Origin: an uncultured bacterium
GTDB lineage: Bacteria; Babelota; Babeliae; Babelales; JACPOV01
Assembly (NCBI GenBank): GCA_963744715.1
Contig: CAVUUR010000007.1
Location: 32,001 to 96,000, forward strand
Length of the DNA stretch: 64,000 nt
Reading direction: 5' to 3'
A program made the translations under genes and the position numbers. The notes under the pieces are model-generated. The model was not told where the DNA came from and did no database searches. It saw only the letters and a list, made by a program, of their open reading frames with translations. Shown here piece after piece: positions 42,353 to 53,070 of the stretch. Positions within the stretch are counted from its first letter, which is position 1. Each line of letters starts with the position of its first letter.

Positions 42353-42628
42353 ATGGCAAATATTAAATCAGCAAAAAAACAAGCTAAAAAAAATATTGCT
42401 CAACGAAAAAAGAATTTAGCTCGTAAAACTTCTCTTAAAACTGCATCAAAAAAAGTTTTAACTGCCATTGAACGTGGTGATAAGATTGAAAAAATTCAAG
42501 AATTATTTAAAGATGCAGAAGCAAAATTAGCTCGCGCAAAGGGCAAAAACGTTTTGCATCCAAAAACTGCGTCACGCAAAATTAGCCGTTTAGCAAAACG
42601 AGTACAAGCTCAAAAAAAAGCTAAATAA
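42353..42628 (+). CDS. rpsT: 30S ribosomal protein S20
   Basis: MANIKSAKK, HPKTASRKISRL. Confidence 0.96.
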   Translation: MANIKSAKKQAKKNIAQRKKNLARKTSLKTASKKVLTAIERGDKIEKIQELFKDAEAKLARAKGKNVLHPKTASRKISRLAKRVQAQKKAK

Positions 42629-42650
42629 TAATTAGTAACTTGATTGTAAT

Positions 42651-42685
42651 AAAAAGACAGTTGCTTATATGCAGCTGTCTTTTTT
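42651..42685 (+). terminator. Rho-independent terminator after rpsT
   Basis: aaaaagacagttgc-loop-gcagctgtcttttt hairpin with T tract. Confidence 0.8.
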
Positions 42686-42885
42686 ATTTACGCTGATCCA
42701 ATCAATAAAATTATTATTACTGTTGCCACTAAATTTATTGTTCCGTTAATGATATGCACTATATTCTATTGATTTAAATGTTTTTCTTGTTAACATTAAA
42801 TAAAAATTAGAAAACATTCTATAAAAAAAGCATAATTTAGTATTTAAAATTAATAATCAAAAAAATATCAATAGGTTTTATTAAC

Positions 42886-44298
42886 ATGAATAACATCAAA
42901 TATTATACCCTTATCGCCTTACTCCTCGTAAATCCATTACATGCAGATTTCGATCTTAGTGCTATTTTCAAAAATATTGATCCTTCTTGTATAAAAGGAG
43001 CAATTGGAGGAGTAGCCACTACCCTAGGAGTTGGTGTTATCTATTCTCTCTATTCAAATGATAGCGAAAAAAAAGCTGCTATGAAAAATATTCATGATCT
43101 TAACATTGCTATTGAAGGATACACATTACAGTATAACGATGAATGCAAAGTAGTTAATTCTACCAATACTGATCAAACAATAGAAACTATTGCGTCAATG
43201 CTCATACACAACAATTCTTCAACCGAAAACTATATCAAAAAAATTGAATATCATGTAACCACACTGAAAAAGTATCTTATTTCTGCTCAAGAACTTTCAC
43301 AAAAAATTTCAAGTGATGAACATAAACAGATCGCGCAATCAGCACAAAAGAATGTCAAAGAACTCATAGATAATTTACAAATTTTATACACTAACCTACA
43401 ACAAGATGCACCATTTATTGAGCTTATTATTGCACAGCGCAAAGAACAGGATCGTTATAAAGAATACGAATCTATGGTATATAACGGATCACGGTTTGCA
43501 CATATGGATGTTGTTAATCGCCAAAATAATGATAAACAATGCATAACAAACTTGATACAACAGGCAAATAATCTATGTCAGAACAAAGACTGCACCCCAT
43601 TCAAAAAAATTCTTCTATCACAAGGAAAAGGTTTGCTCGCAACGATCGAAAAAAAACAAAAAGAACTTGTTAATTCAAATAATTTTATAAAAGAGCGTAA
43701 AGAATTTGAACTATTCCAAGAACAACAACAAAAGTTAAAAAATGAACAATTATCTTTAGAAATTAAATATAACCAAGGCTTATCTGAACAAAAACAACAC
43801 GATATTAAACTCAATGAACAACGCATCACCCAAGAGAAATTACGCCAATATGATGAACAACTACGCCAAAATGATGTAGTACTAAAAGAAGGACTTTATT
43901 TTGAACCTCAAAGAAAGGCTTATGAGGAAAAAATTAGACAGTATAAACAAGAAAAACATAATTGGGAAACCTACCGCTCAAATGTTAAGAGCGCCATTGA
44001 TCGAATGGAACGTTCCGTTAATTCTTTAGAAAATGATGTAAAAATAAAAGAAACTGAATTTTCAAATCTTAGTACGTTATTTGATAATCTTACTGAACAA
44101 GCAAATAAAGATAGCGCTGCATTTCAACACATTAAAAATTTAGTCACTCAATTAAATGAGTATCTCGATACCCCACCTATTAATCCAGATTCAGAAAAAT
44201 GGTTTAAAGATTTTTTTGAAAAACTACGTGGCTGTGTAGATGAACTACTACACAACGAAAGAATTTCACCACCTCAATCTAAGCCTCAAGCTAAATAA
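42886..44298 (+). CDS. Exported coiled-coil protein with one TM segment
   Basis: Signal peptide, hydrophobic segment, long Q/E/K-rich heptads. Confidence 0.7.
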   Translation: MNNIKYYTLIALLLVNPLHADFDLSAIFKNIDPSCIKGAIGGVATTLGVGVIYSLYSNDSEKKAAMKNIHDLNIAIEGYTLQYNDECKVVNSTNTDQTIETIASMLIHNNSSTENYIKKIEYHVTTLKKYLISAQELSQKISSDEHKQIAQSAQKNVKELIDNLQILYTNLQQDAPFIELIIAQRKEQDRYKEYESMVYNGSRFAHMDVVNRQNNDKQCITNLIQQANNLCQNKDCTPFKKILLSQGKGLLATIEKKQKELVNSNNFIKERKEFELFQEQQQKLKNEQLSLEIKYNQGLSEQKQHDIKLNEQRITQEKLRQYDEQLRQNDVVLKEGLYFEPQRKAYEEKIRQYKQEKHNWETYRSNVKSAIDRMERSVNSLENDVKIKETEFSNLSTLFDNLTEQANKDSAAFQHIKNLVTQLNEYLDTPPINPDSEKWFKDFFEKLRGCVDELLHNERISPPQSKPQAK

Positions 44299-44328
44299 AA
44301 AAAGAAATGTATGGTCTAGAAAAATAAA

Positions 44329-45765
44329 TTAAAAACGAACGTCAACGTTTACCCATACGGAAACAATGCTTACAGTATTATTATTGGTAGCACCTTCATA
44401 AGAGGCATTGATGCCAAAATCAAACCTGTCATAATGATACCCAATTGACCCAAATACAGCATTTGAGCATGAAGCGGCTTGTGCACCACTCCAAGTATTA
44501 ATATTCGCTGCAGTCACCAATGTGTACGATGCATCGCGTGGCATTTGATATTTGTTGGGATACACGCCTTCGGAAATAGTGGCATTGCTTGAGGTAGTGA
44601 CAGTAACCGGCATTGGATTGGCAAGCTGTGCGATGCCAACAAGATCGGCTATGCCAACGGCTGGAAGGTTAATGCATGGGCGTACCTTTTCTGCTTGGCG
44701 GTACCAAAAGTTGTAACCAAGTTCAAAACTAAAATCTCTTAATTCGACGTGCGCTGCTAAAAGCAAATCAAATGAATTGCGCGGTGTAACATGTGCTTTA
44801 AAAGTAAGATCGTTGATAGCAAAAAATGGATCGGCTGTTGCTGTTGGTGTAGTGAATAATAAGTAACGTGACCATTGGCCGTTTGGCACCATATCAAATG
44901 ATCTTCTTTCTTTTGCTTTAAAAGCATAACGCCATTTACATTCGCTATATAATGAAAATTGATTGCATGCACCAAAGTCAAATGATTTTTCAATATTAAG
45001 ACCAAGTCCAACTTGCGCATGCTTTGATCCAACAATTGGTTCAAACAAGTATACTGCTTTTGAGCCGTGGCCTGTTGGTATTCCAACTAATGCGTAGATA
45101 TCAAAAAATAATGATTCATTTTGACACGGCCTAAAATTTTTGAGTAATTTTATCTGCACATCATCAAAGCCTCCTTTTGATCGTGCACCACAAATTTTGC
45201 CATACTTCATGTCTGTGCTTGTGAATGCTTGAGTGAGAGTAGAAAATCCCGGCACTTGTCCAAGATCACCCGGAGTGGTAATTCTCTCGCAAATATGCAT
45301 ATTGTTTTTTCGTGTAACAGCGGCGGTGTTTATGGTTAATGCAAAATCTGCGGGCAACATCCATGCAAGATAGATCATAGTGCCATATGTTTTTTGCACA
45401 GGGCTAAATGACAACGTTGAAGAATAATAAGTACCGGGAGCAGAAATAACTTGGAACCATAATGAATCAATATCTCCCGAACCATCTTCTCGTACATTCA
45501 TGGAGGATAAGTGATTGATGTTAAAATATTTTTTTATAGATTTGCCAACAGTTTGTGTATAAATGGGTTTAACTGAAAACAAAAATTGATCATCCATATT
45601 TGCATATTCATAAAAAACAAGTGCATCTTCATACAGGGGATTATATGCCATTTGGCGCGGCACGAAAATGGTATGTGCATAGCAATCCAAACGTAGCATT
45701 TGCGCACACAAGCTAGCGAGTGCAAATATGGTAAGTAAACATTTTTGAATAAAGAGCATATTCAT
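44329..45765 (-). CDS. Exported, probable outer-membrane beta-rich protein
   Basis: Signal-like start; GGFDDVQIKL, LVGIPTG, ELGYNFW; terminal Phe. Confidence 0.6.
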   Translation of the reverse strand: MNMLFIQKCLLTIFALASLCAQMLRLDCYAHTIFVPRQMAYNPLYEDALVFYEYANMDDQFLFSVKPIYTQTVGKSIKKYFNINHLSSMNVREDGSGDIDSLWFQVISAPGTYYSSTLSFSPVQKTYGTMIYLAWMLPADFALTINTAAVTRKNNMHICERITTPGDLGQVPGFSTLTQAFTSTDMKYGKICGARSKGGFDDVQIKLLKNFRPCQNESLFFDIYALVGIPTGHGSKAVYLFEPIVGSKHAQVGLGLNIEKSFDFGACNQFSLYSECKWRYAFKAKERRSFDMVPNGQWSRYLLFTTPTATADPFFAINDLTFKAHVTPRNSFDLLLAAHVELRDFSFELGYNFWYRQAEKVRPCINLPAVGIADLVGIAQLANPMPVTVTTSSNATISEGVYPNKYQMPRDASYTLVTAANINTWSGAQAASCSNAVFGSIGYHYDRFDFGINASYEGATNNNTVSIVSVWVNVDVRF

Positions 45766-45796
45766 TATTGCTTTCTTTTAAGAGGATTTTTGTTAT

Positions 45797-47114
45797 TTAT
45801 AATAATGGTCCATATTTTTGTTCAAGTAATCTTACAAATAAATTTGCCGCCACTGGAGTCGAATAAAATGATGCATAGGCATTTGAGTCGTTACCATCTA
45901 ACCACGTAGCAATAAAACCTTGTGCATTAGCACTCAAGCCAACAGGTCCTCCTATTGTCGTTGATGAGGTAGGCAAAATAGAACAGACGGGCGTAAAATT
46001 GAATCCATTATTATTGGTCAATGTCCATACAGGAGATCCAGGACTACCTTGACTGGCCCCAACAATCCAAACGGACATAAAACCGGCTTGATTGGCAGCA
46101 ACCCACGGACCGGCATCAGGATTATCGGGATTTGATGCAAATGGTGAAAATGTTGCCCAGTTGGAAGAAATAGTAGCCGTTGAAAAATATGTTTGGCCTG
46201 CCGCACCTGCATTAGCTCGCGCGACTGCCATAAAGTATCCATTCAGTTCCGCTACAATAGGAACACTTTCAAAAAAACCTACGCTAAGAATGGGATAAAG
46301 CGGTCGTTGATGAAAAAGGATTAATTGATGAAAAATAAGCTGAATACGTTGGAAATAAATTGTTAATCCAAGCAAGCATACAACTATTTCCTACAACAAC
46401 GACACTCACAAATCCTCTTCCTGTTTGAGAATTCGTATTTTGAGCCAATACTGAACCATCAAAGGTTACTTGCGTTGGAGGGCTCCAAGCTGCAGTTCCT
46501 ATCGAAAAACTTACATAGGCATTATTATCAGCTCCTATCATGGTGGCAACAAAACCTGATGATCCTCCACCTACATACACATCGGCGTTAGCATTGAGTG
46601 ATAACGTATTAGGATTTATTTGAATTGCTTGACTCCAACTCGTACCATTGTCAGTAGAAAAACTTGACCAAGCATTATTCGCATTGTCCATCCAAGTCAC
46701 CATAAAGTCCGTGGCATTACCACCCGCAAAGACATCTGAAGCGGGAGCAACATGCCCCTCAGCAGAGGTGATTAAACCACTTGTCCATGTCGTTCCATTA
46801 TTTGAAAAACTATAATGAGCATTGTTTGCAGCATCTGCCCAAACCGCCATGAATCCGGCCGGTGTTCCAGCAGAAAATATATTGCTCGTTATGTTACCGG
46901 AATTACTTAAATTGACGGGAGTAGTCCACGGTGTAGTTGCGGGGCATAATGCATATGATAGTGATGAAGTTAGTAATAGAATGAGAAACAAAAAAAAATT
47001 TTTTAAGAAAGTAAATCTTTCGCTTTTTCCTGAACTTCTTTTGCAGAATTTTTTCTGGAGGACTTCCGGTATACGACTCCCATTGAACAGATGTCTGTCA
47101 CGTATCATAATCAT
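45797..47114 (-). CDS. BNR/Asp-box (sialidase-like) repeat protein, single gene with +1 frameshift near 46298
   Basis: SFSNNGTTWT, SFSTDNGTSWS, repeated FMAVW/FMVTW/FIATW; removing one base joins ORFs 46284-47114 and 45797-46375 (SSTTAYPILSV). Confidence 0.7.
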
Positions 47115-47248
47115 CGTATATATCCCTCTTTATGTAATAACAGGTTATGTAAATAAAAAACGTCTTATTCGTTGATATACCAAAGATATACAGCTGTAAT
47201 CAAGAAAATCAGAAGAGATTAGTGAAAAAAAGATTCAGCAATATAAGG

Positions 47249-47388
47249 ATGAATATTTAAATACTCCGCCTATTAACCCAGATTCGGAAGGATTATTTAA
47301 AGCTTTTTTTGAAAAACTACGTGGCTGTGTAGATGAACTACTACACAACGAAAGAATTGCTTCTCAATCTAAGCCTCAAGCTAAATAA
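47249..47388 (+). pseudogene. Diverged copy of the 3' end of 42886-44298
   Basis: EYLNTPPINPDSEGLFKAFFEKLRGCVDELLHNERIASQSKPQAK* aligns to 44156-44298; no start codon or 5' part. Confidence 0.88.
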
Positions 47389-47401
47389 CTCTATAAAAAA
47401 G

Positions 47402-48265
47402 TTAAGCTACGCTTTCCTTGTGTTTCTTTTCGTTTAATTTTTTTACGCAGGGCTGACATTGTTTAAAAAGATCTTCTCCCTCTTGCGCAAGAGCTTCATT
47501 ATGCGGCAAGCCATATTGCCTGTAAAAAGCATGCACAACTAACTGATAGGTTTTAGCATCATCCCTCATGATATATCTTCCATGCTCACCGTAATTAAGT
47601 TCTAACAAATGCACATTGTTTCTACCTTGGTTGCGCAAAATAGTATACAGATTGCGTGAACTTTGATACGGAATCAGCTCATCAACTTTTGAATGAATAA
47701 GCAGTATCGGAATATCGTTATTAATGCGATCGATTACCTTAAACGGTGCTATTCCTTTTGGATCATAAGCAGGATAGATATGTGAAACAACTGAATTGCC
47801 GAGCATGGCAATGCCCGGAAGCCATTTTAAAAAACCTGCTTTATGCAAAATTACGGAATCAACGGTATCAAAAGGAGATTCAAGAATTAATGCTTTAATA
47901 TCCGTTGGTTGATGTGTTGCCATGTACGTAATAATCGCTGAAGCCCCCATAGAAACTCCGAGCAATATTTTATCACCAACTACTTTTTTACATTCAGCAG
48001 CTAAGGTATTAATTTCAATATTTTGTGCTAAAGAAACTTTGCTTTGATCTACAATTACTGTATTGTCAGTACCTATTAGTACATGAGGAAAGTTAAAGCT
48101 ATGAAAAGCTTGCTGCACGTTTCCTTGTAATACTTGATAATAACGCACATTATATTGATTACCGCCAAGCCCATGCGCAAAAACAACGGTAGGGTTATGC
48201 GCGTGCAGGCTACCTAATAATAGCGTAGTCAATAACGCTAAACGGTGAACTATAGTTCTAATCAT
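47402..48265 (-). CDS. Exported alpha/beta hydrolase
   Basis: HGLGG, GVSMG nucleophile elbow, LLIHS..D, H. Confidence 0.85.
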   Translation of the reverse strand: MIRTIVHRLALLTTLLLGSLHAHNPTVVFAHGLGGNQYNVRYYQVLQGNVQQAFHSFNFPHVLIGTDNTVIVDQSKVSLAQNIEINTLAAECKKVVGDKILLGVSMGASAIITYMATHQPTDIKALILESPFDTVDSVILHKAGFLKWLPGIAMLGNSVVSHIYPAYDPKGIAPFKVIDRINNDIPILLIHSKVDELIPYQSSRNLYTILRNQGRNNVHLLELNYGEHGRYIMRDDAKTYQLVVHAFYRQYGLPHNEALAQEGEDLFKQCQPCVKKLNEKKHKESVA

Positions 48266-48381
48266 ACGTAATCCCCATTAAACTTTTATTTCTATTAATA
48301 AATAATACCTATTGTAAAATAAAAAGAATAGGTTGTCAACCGCCTTAGAACAGATCATGGGAACAATCAATGTTAATAAAC

Positions 48382-48963
48382 TTAAAAACGTGATTTAATC
48401 TTTTTTTTTGTTGGCAGAGAATGTGTCGCTTTTTTAGAAGCAATTAGATCATCCCCCTTTTGAAAATGCTTAAAGGTATTGGCAGGAACCTGCAATGCGA
48501 TAGCAAGCACATCATCTGGTATGCCCGCTAATGCTTCCGTAATACCAATATCATCGGGCATCTCATTATCAAAAATAACAAGAAATTTAAGCTTTCCATG
48601 ACCAATGTTTTCAATGTAATGAAAATAACCACGTGGAACAAATGCGATATCACCAGCTTCAACCGTTATGGTTTCTCGTTGGTTTTCGGGGCTCACAATA
48701 GTCATGCGTGCTGTGCCTTCTACACAATAATCAAGTTCAGCCGCATTAGGATGCCAATGAGGAATGCGCAAACCACCTTTTTCAAGAATAAGCGAATAAA
48801 TAGCCATTCCTCTTAGAATCGGAAATGCGTCCTTTTGTCCTAACCGTACTTGCCCACCAATAAAATCTTCAGGTGGTAAATCCATTAACTTACATTTATG
48901 CGTAAATTTCTTTTGAGTTTGTGCAGAAACATTATTTTCTTTGATCACTTTTTTTATAGCCAT
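48382..48963 (-). CDS. Cupin protein (oxalate decarboxylase/germin-like monocupin)
   Basis: RIPHWHPNAAELDY, GDIAFVPRGYFHYIEN. Confidence 0.85.
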   Translation of the reverse strand: MAIKKVIKENNVSAQTQKKFTHKCKLMDLPPEDFIGGQVRLGQKDAFPILRGMAIYSLILEKGGLRIPHWHPNAAELDYCVEGTARMTIVSPENQRETITVEAGDIAFVPRGYFHYIENIGHGKLKFLVIFDNEMPDDIGITEALAGIPDDVLAIALQVPANTFKHFQKGDDLIASKKATHSLPTKKKIKSRF

Positions 48964-49111
48964 GTTACCCCTCCCCAATAATTGAATATTCCATATCCTA
49001 TCACATCATTATCACATCTCATGAAACGTTGCATAGAATTTGATTGTAAAATGCTCGCACGCCTTCAATTTTTATAGTAGCTTCAAAAAAAAGCAGAAGA
49101 AAGGAAGTGTA

Positions 49112-51040
49112 ATGAGAACCAATTGTTTTTTGATCATACTTTGGGTTATTTCTTGTGCTGCGCAGGAAACACCTTTTGATAAACGGTTCGGCAAAAAGTC
49201 CACTCACGGTTTTCTTGACTGTAAAACTACAGAAAATAATGTTTATGCTCGACGCATAGAATGTGCAGATCGTTTGCACGACATAGTTAAATCAACAGCT
49301 CAAGATCTCGATTACCGACCAGAATATTATCTTGTGCCCATAGAATCAGTACCATTTGCTGAACGATATCGCAGTAACATCAATGCGACGTATAAAATTA
49401 CTGCATCATCACCGCAAGAAGTACATGCCGTTGTCCAAGAGCTCATTGAAACTCCTGCAAGTCCGCCATTGGCAACTCTTGATTTTCTTATAACGCGTGC
49501 CGATGGCAGTCAGCCAATTCGGAATACTTTTTTTAATGAACAAGGGTTACTCAAACAATATTCTTACGCCAACAAAAACATTGAACAACATCCTGAAGCA
49601 TGCCGAGCCTTAACCTTTTGTGCATTAGTATTACCTGACCCACAACAACATATTCATCAACAGGCCCTGCAAGCATGTACCGCCATTAATGAATATTTGA
49701 GTTCTGATGAACTTCCCGGACCTCCCGGAAGTTATGCGAGTGTGCTCTATGATTTGTTACGTACCTGCCATCCAGAATTAGAAACTACGTTGCAGCATGA
49801 ATGCGATGAAGTTGCAACAATCTTTCTTGAAAATCATGATTATTACGTTGAAAAAAATACTATTTCTGATGCACGAGAACAAGCAGCAAAAATATATCAC
49901 GAAGAACACGGCACAAAGCGCCAACATTTCGTTCAATTACATGCAACATCGCGCGATCTCCTGCGCCAACGTCAATATGATTATCGCAAATTTACGTTCA
50001 TCAATGGCAATGCATTACAACGTCAACTGCTTGATGAAACCGGCCAACTGATTAATCAGATTGCACGTTATCCCGAGTTACATAACGAACCAATTACGCA
50101 TTTGTTAGTTGACATGGCCGATGTTGCTGCCGAATGCAATCACGCAGGCGCTATTAAAAAAGGTTACGAATGTGCAAACGTTGGTTGGTATATTCTTGAT
50201 ATTATGCAAGCAGTTGGGCTTGGCATTATAGATGGGGTGATCGATGGTGTTTCTCTAACAGCTTCCTACGCGCTAGAACATCCCATTGAACTTATTTTAA
50301 CCGCCATTTTTACCAAGCCTATGCTCATCTATCATCTTACAAAATTAGCATGCTATGGAACCGCTGCTGCTTTTAATCAGTTATCAACTATTGATTATGA
50401 ACACGCAACCGCTGATGACATTATCAATGCATTCAATAATTCAAAACAAGCCTGCCTTCAAAGCTATCTTGATCTTAGGCAGATGCCACTTAGAACGCTG
50501 GTCTCCCGTGGCGTTGCTTTTGCTACTGAGTTTTATTTGCAAGGCAAGCTCAACAAAGGGGTCTCAAATTTCTATGAAAAAACACAAGAAACGATACTCA
50601 AGCATGCACAAAAATTTGATTGGAAAGCCCATTTTAATGATCATCTCAGACCCGGCTTTATTGATATTTTTCCTCGGGGTAAGCAACCAAATGTTAAAAC
50701 ATCACAGAATTATCATGAGAAGCTATTAGAACTTGAAATACAACACCCTGTTATTAATAGTCCGAGAACCGGAAAAGCACTCAAAACTGATCCATACCAC
50801 GCATTTAATGATATAATTGATAATTATGCACGTTATGCTCAAGAATTTGAATTATTTGATCACGCAACAAAAGCAAATCCTAAACTTACTAAAAAACTTT
50901 ATCAAATTGAAGGCTCACTGGATAAAGTCAGTGGAATTTTTGAATGGATAGTTGAACAAAATTTTAAAAACAATAGCGTTGTATCACATCGAAGATTTAT
51001 AAAGGAAGGTAAAATTAATGGAATACCCAATGGAAAGTAA
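49112..51040 (+). CDS. Putative polymorphic toxin (locus 2) with BECR-type RNase-like tip
   Basis: Start reassigned to MRTNC by paralogy; tip KTDPYHAF, LYQIEGS, GIFEWI, SHRRFI, GIPN. Confidence 0.78.
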   Translation: MRTNCFLIILWVISCAAQETPFDKRFGKKSTHGFLDCKTTENNVYARRIECADRLHDIVKSTAQDLDYRPEYYLVPIESVPFAERYRSNINATYKITASSPQEVHAVVQELIETPASPPLATLDFLITRADGSQPIRNTFFNEQGLLKQYSYANKNIEQHPEACRALTFCALVLPDPQQHIHQQALQACTAINEYLSSDELPGPPGSYASVLYDLLRTCHPELETTLQHECDEVATIFLENHDYYVEKNTISDAREQAAKIYHEEHGTKRQHFVQLHATSRDLLRQRQYDYRKFTFINGNALQRQLLDETGQLINQIARYPELHNEPITHLLVDMADVAAECNHAGAIKKGYECANVGWYILDIMQAVGLGIIDGVIDGVSLTASYALEHPIELILTAIFTKPMLIYHLTKLACYGTAAAFNQLSTIDYEHATADDIINAFNNSKQACLQSYLDLRQMPLRTLVSRGVAFATEFYLQGKLNKGVSNFYEKTQETILKHAQKFDWKAHFNDHLRPGFIDIFPRGKQPNVKTSQNYHEKLLELEIQHPVINSPRTGKALKTDPYHAFNDIIDNYARYAQEFELFDHATKANPKLTKKLYQIEGSLDKVSGIFEWIVEQNFKNNSVVSHRRFIKEGKINGIPNGK

Positions 51041-51045
51041 TAAAA

Positions 51046-51579
51046 ATGCCTAATTATACCTTAGATATTTTCAAAACTGGTTTAGTTCCGTGTTCATGGC
51101 CAACAATGTATGTTGGAAATAATCTTAAACTGTTAAGTTATGATGAAATATCTCGCTACGCAATTGAATATTTGTTACAGCATCCTAATTGCACAAATCA
51201 ATATATTGTAGAATTAGCCTATGGATTGAAAAGAGATGAATTTGATATATTTTTAAAAAAAATACTAATCTCTCTAAATTATTCATTAATCGAAAAAGAT
51301 GACCCTCTTTGGAATTTAGAGAAAAAAAAATGGCGTTATTGTATTTTGAAATCTATAGTTGATACAACACCTAATATAGATAAATTAATTGATGCTATCG
51401 AATCAGTTTATTGTGATTTTGAATATCCTGATGATATGAATAATTTCATCCATTATAGACCCGAGGCTGGATTTCGAACTCTTATAGGAAATGCACTATT
51501 TATCAACGTTCCCGATAACTATTTAAATAACTTTAAAAAATATTTAGATAATGAAAAAAAACAAATAGATTTTCAATGA
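51046..51579 (+). CDS. DUF2247-like cognate immunity candidate
   Basis: 5 nt after toxin stop; SWPTMYVG, KKWRY, YCDFEYPDDM. Confidence 0.72.
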   Translation: MPNYTLDIFKTGLVPCSWPTMYVGNNLKLLSYDEISRYAIEYLLQHPNCTNQYIVELAYGLKRDEFDIFLKKILISLNYSLIEKDDPLWNLEKKKWRYCILKSIVDTTPNIDKLIDAIESVYCDFEYPDDMNNFIHYRPEAGFRTLIGNALFINVPDNYLNNFKKYLDNEKKQIDFQ

Positions 51580-51586
51580 AGAAATT

Positions 51587-51949
51587 ATGATGCAAACTTT
51601 AAAACTTATAAAATCTCAATGCTGCTATAATAAATCTTTAGCTTACACTGAAAAATTATGGACGCTGGCTGAATTTTTACTTGATTGCGGTGGCAGAAAT
51701 GTTGAAGATGTTAAAACAACTATTAAAAATTATGGAGATTATAATGCTAATGCTACTCTTGCTGACTTACAAGGTAATACCATTGTTATCAGCCATTGGT
51801 ATGCGGGCTCTCCTGACTTTATAATACAATACGACACCTTTCTTAAGTTCCTTGATGAATGGAAAATTGTCTATGCAGCAAGACCTTCAGAAATTATCGT
51901 CACCATGGATGATCAGCACCAACATTTTACTATTGAAGCAATTCCTTAA
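51587..51949 (+). CDS. Small putative second immunity protein
   Basis: Third gene of locus 2; pseudogenised paralog at 10020-10380. Confidence 0.6.
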   Translation: MMQTLKLIKSQCCYNKSLAYTEKLWTLAEFLLDCGGRNVEDVKTTIKNYGDYNANATLADLQGNTIVISHWYAGSPDFIIQYDTFLKFLDEWKIVYAARPSEIIVTMDDQHQHFTIEAIP

Positions 51950-51993
51950 ACGAAAGTATTACACTGACATTATTGTTGCTGATTAACGTTTCC

Positions 51994-52391
51994 TTATGTT
52001 GAATGTTTCGTCGGTTGAACTGATGTTATTACATGGTGCAGCGCACTCTTCCGCGCCGTAAGCTCAGTGCAACAATGTTCAAGCTTGATTACTTCATCAG
52101 TGAGATTGTTATCATATTTTTGTAAGGTAGTTTTATCAGCTTTAGCAAAAAAACTATTCGCGTCCTGTTCTAATATTTATACATTTTTGCAATACTATGT
52201 TGTTCTATGTGCGCAAGTTTTTCATGCATATCAGCACATAATTTGGTTATTTGGCCATATTGATGCGCAATCGATTCGGTAGGATTTTTTTTAACTACCG
52301 ATTTTTTCTTTTCTTTAACAAATGATTCATCGCTAACTAAACAATGCGTAATTAATGTTATCAAAAATAACAATCTAAAAAGGTAATACAT
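51994..52391 (-). CDS. Hypothetical exported protein (apparent frameshift near 52175)
   Basis: ORF 52170-52391 continues in another frame as ILEQDANSFFAKADK...KHST*. Confidence 0.45.
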
Positions 52392-52401
52392 ATATTTTCT
52401 T

Positions 52402-52999
52402 TCAGATCAAATTTAAATAGCGCAATCCTAGCCGAATATAGTCAAGCAGTGCTGCAATAACAAGTATTATTAATAATACTATTACGGCATAGTAGGTTTT
52501 GATTGGATGTAAATCAAAAAAATAACAGACAAAAACCCAAATAATAAAAACTACCTGTGCAAACATTGCATATTTGCCAAGCAATCTTGGTACAATATCC
52601 AATTGTCCCTCATGGTATACAATAAACCACGATCCTCCTAGCACGATCAATTCTTTGATCGCTATTATGGCGACGAACCACCAAGGAATACTAAACAGTG
52701 GCGATTGTACTAACGCTAGCGTAAAAAAACAGGATACTATAAGAATTTTATCGGCTATCGGATCAAGAAATGCGCCTAAAAAAGTTTTTTCATTATACCA
52801 CCGTGCAAGCAATCCATCCAAAATATCGGTTGACGCGGCTACCAAAAAAAGAATAAACCCCATCGTCCATGCATGCATAACAAATGCTGCTACAATGAAT
52901 GGGTTAATATAATACGAACTATCGTAACTACCGTTGTACGGTAATTTTTTTTTCATGCGCAGGTAATGTTGTAAAAAATGAGCTTATGGTTTGTTTCAT
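52402..52999 (-). CDS. pgsA: CDP-alcohol phosphatidyltransferase (apparent frameshifts in 5' part)
   Basis: TDILDGLLAR...LGAFLDPIADK; TIVRII segment and likely start (52999) in other frames. Confidence 0.8.
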
Positions 53000-53070
53000 A
53001 CTATATTATTTCAGCAGTATAGGTATTATGTTTTTTATCAGATCAGTATAGCACGTGCATCATACTACTA

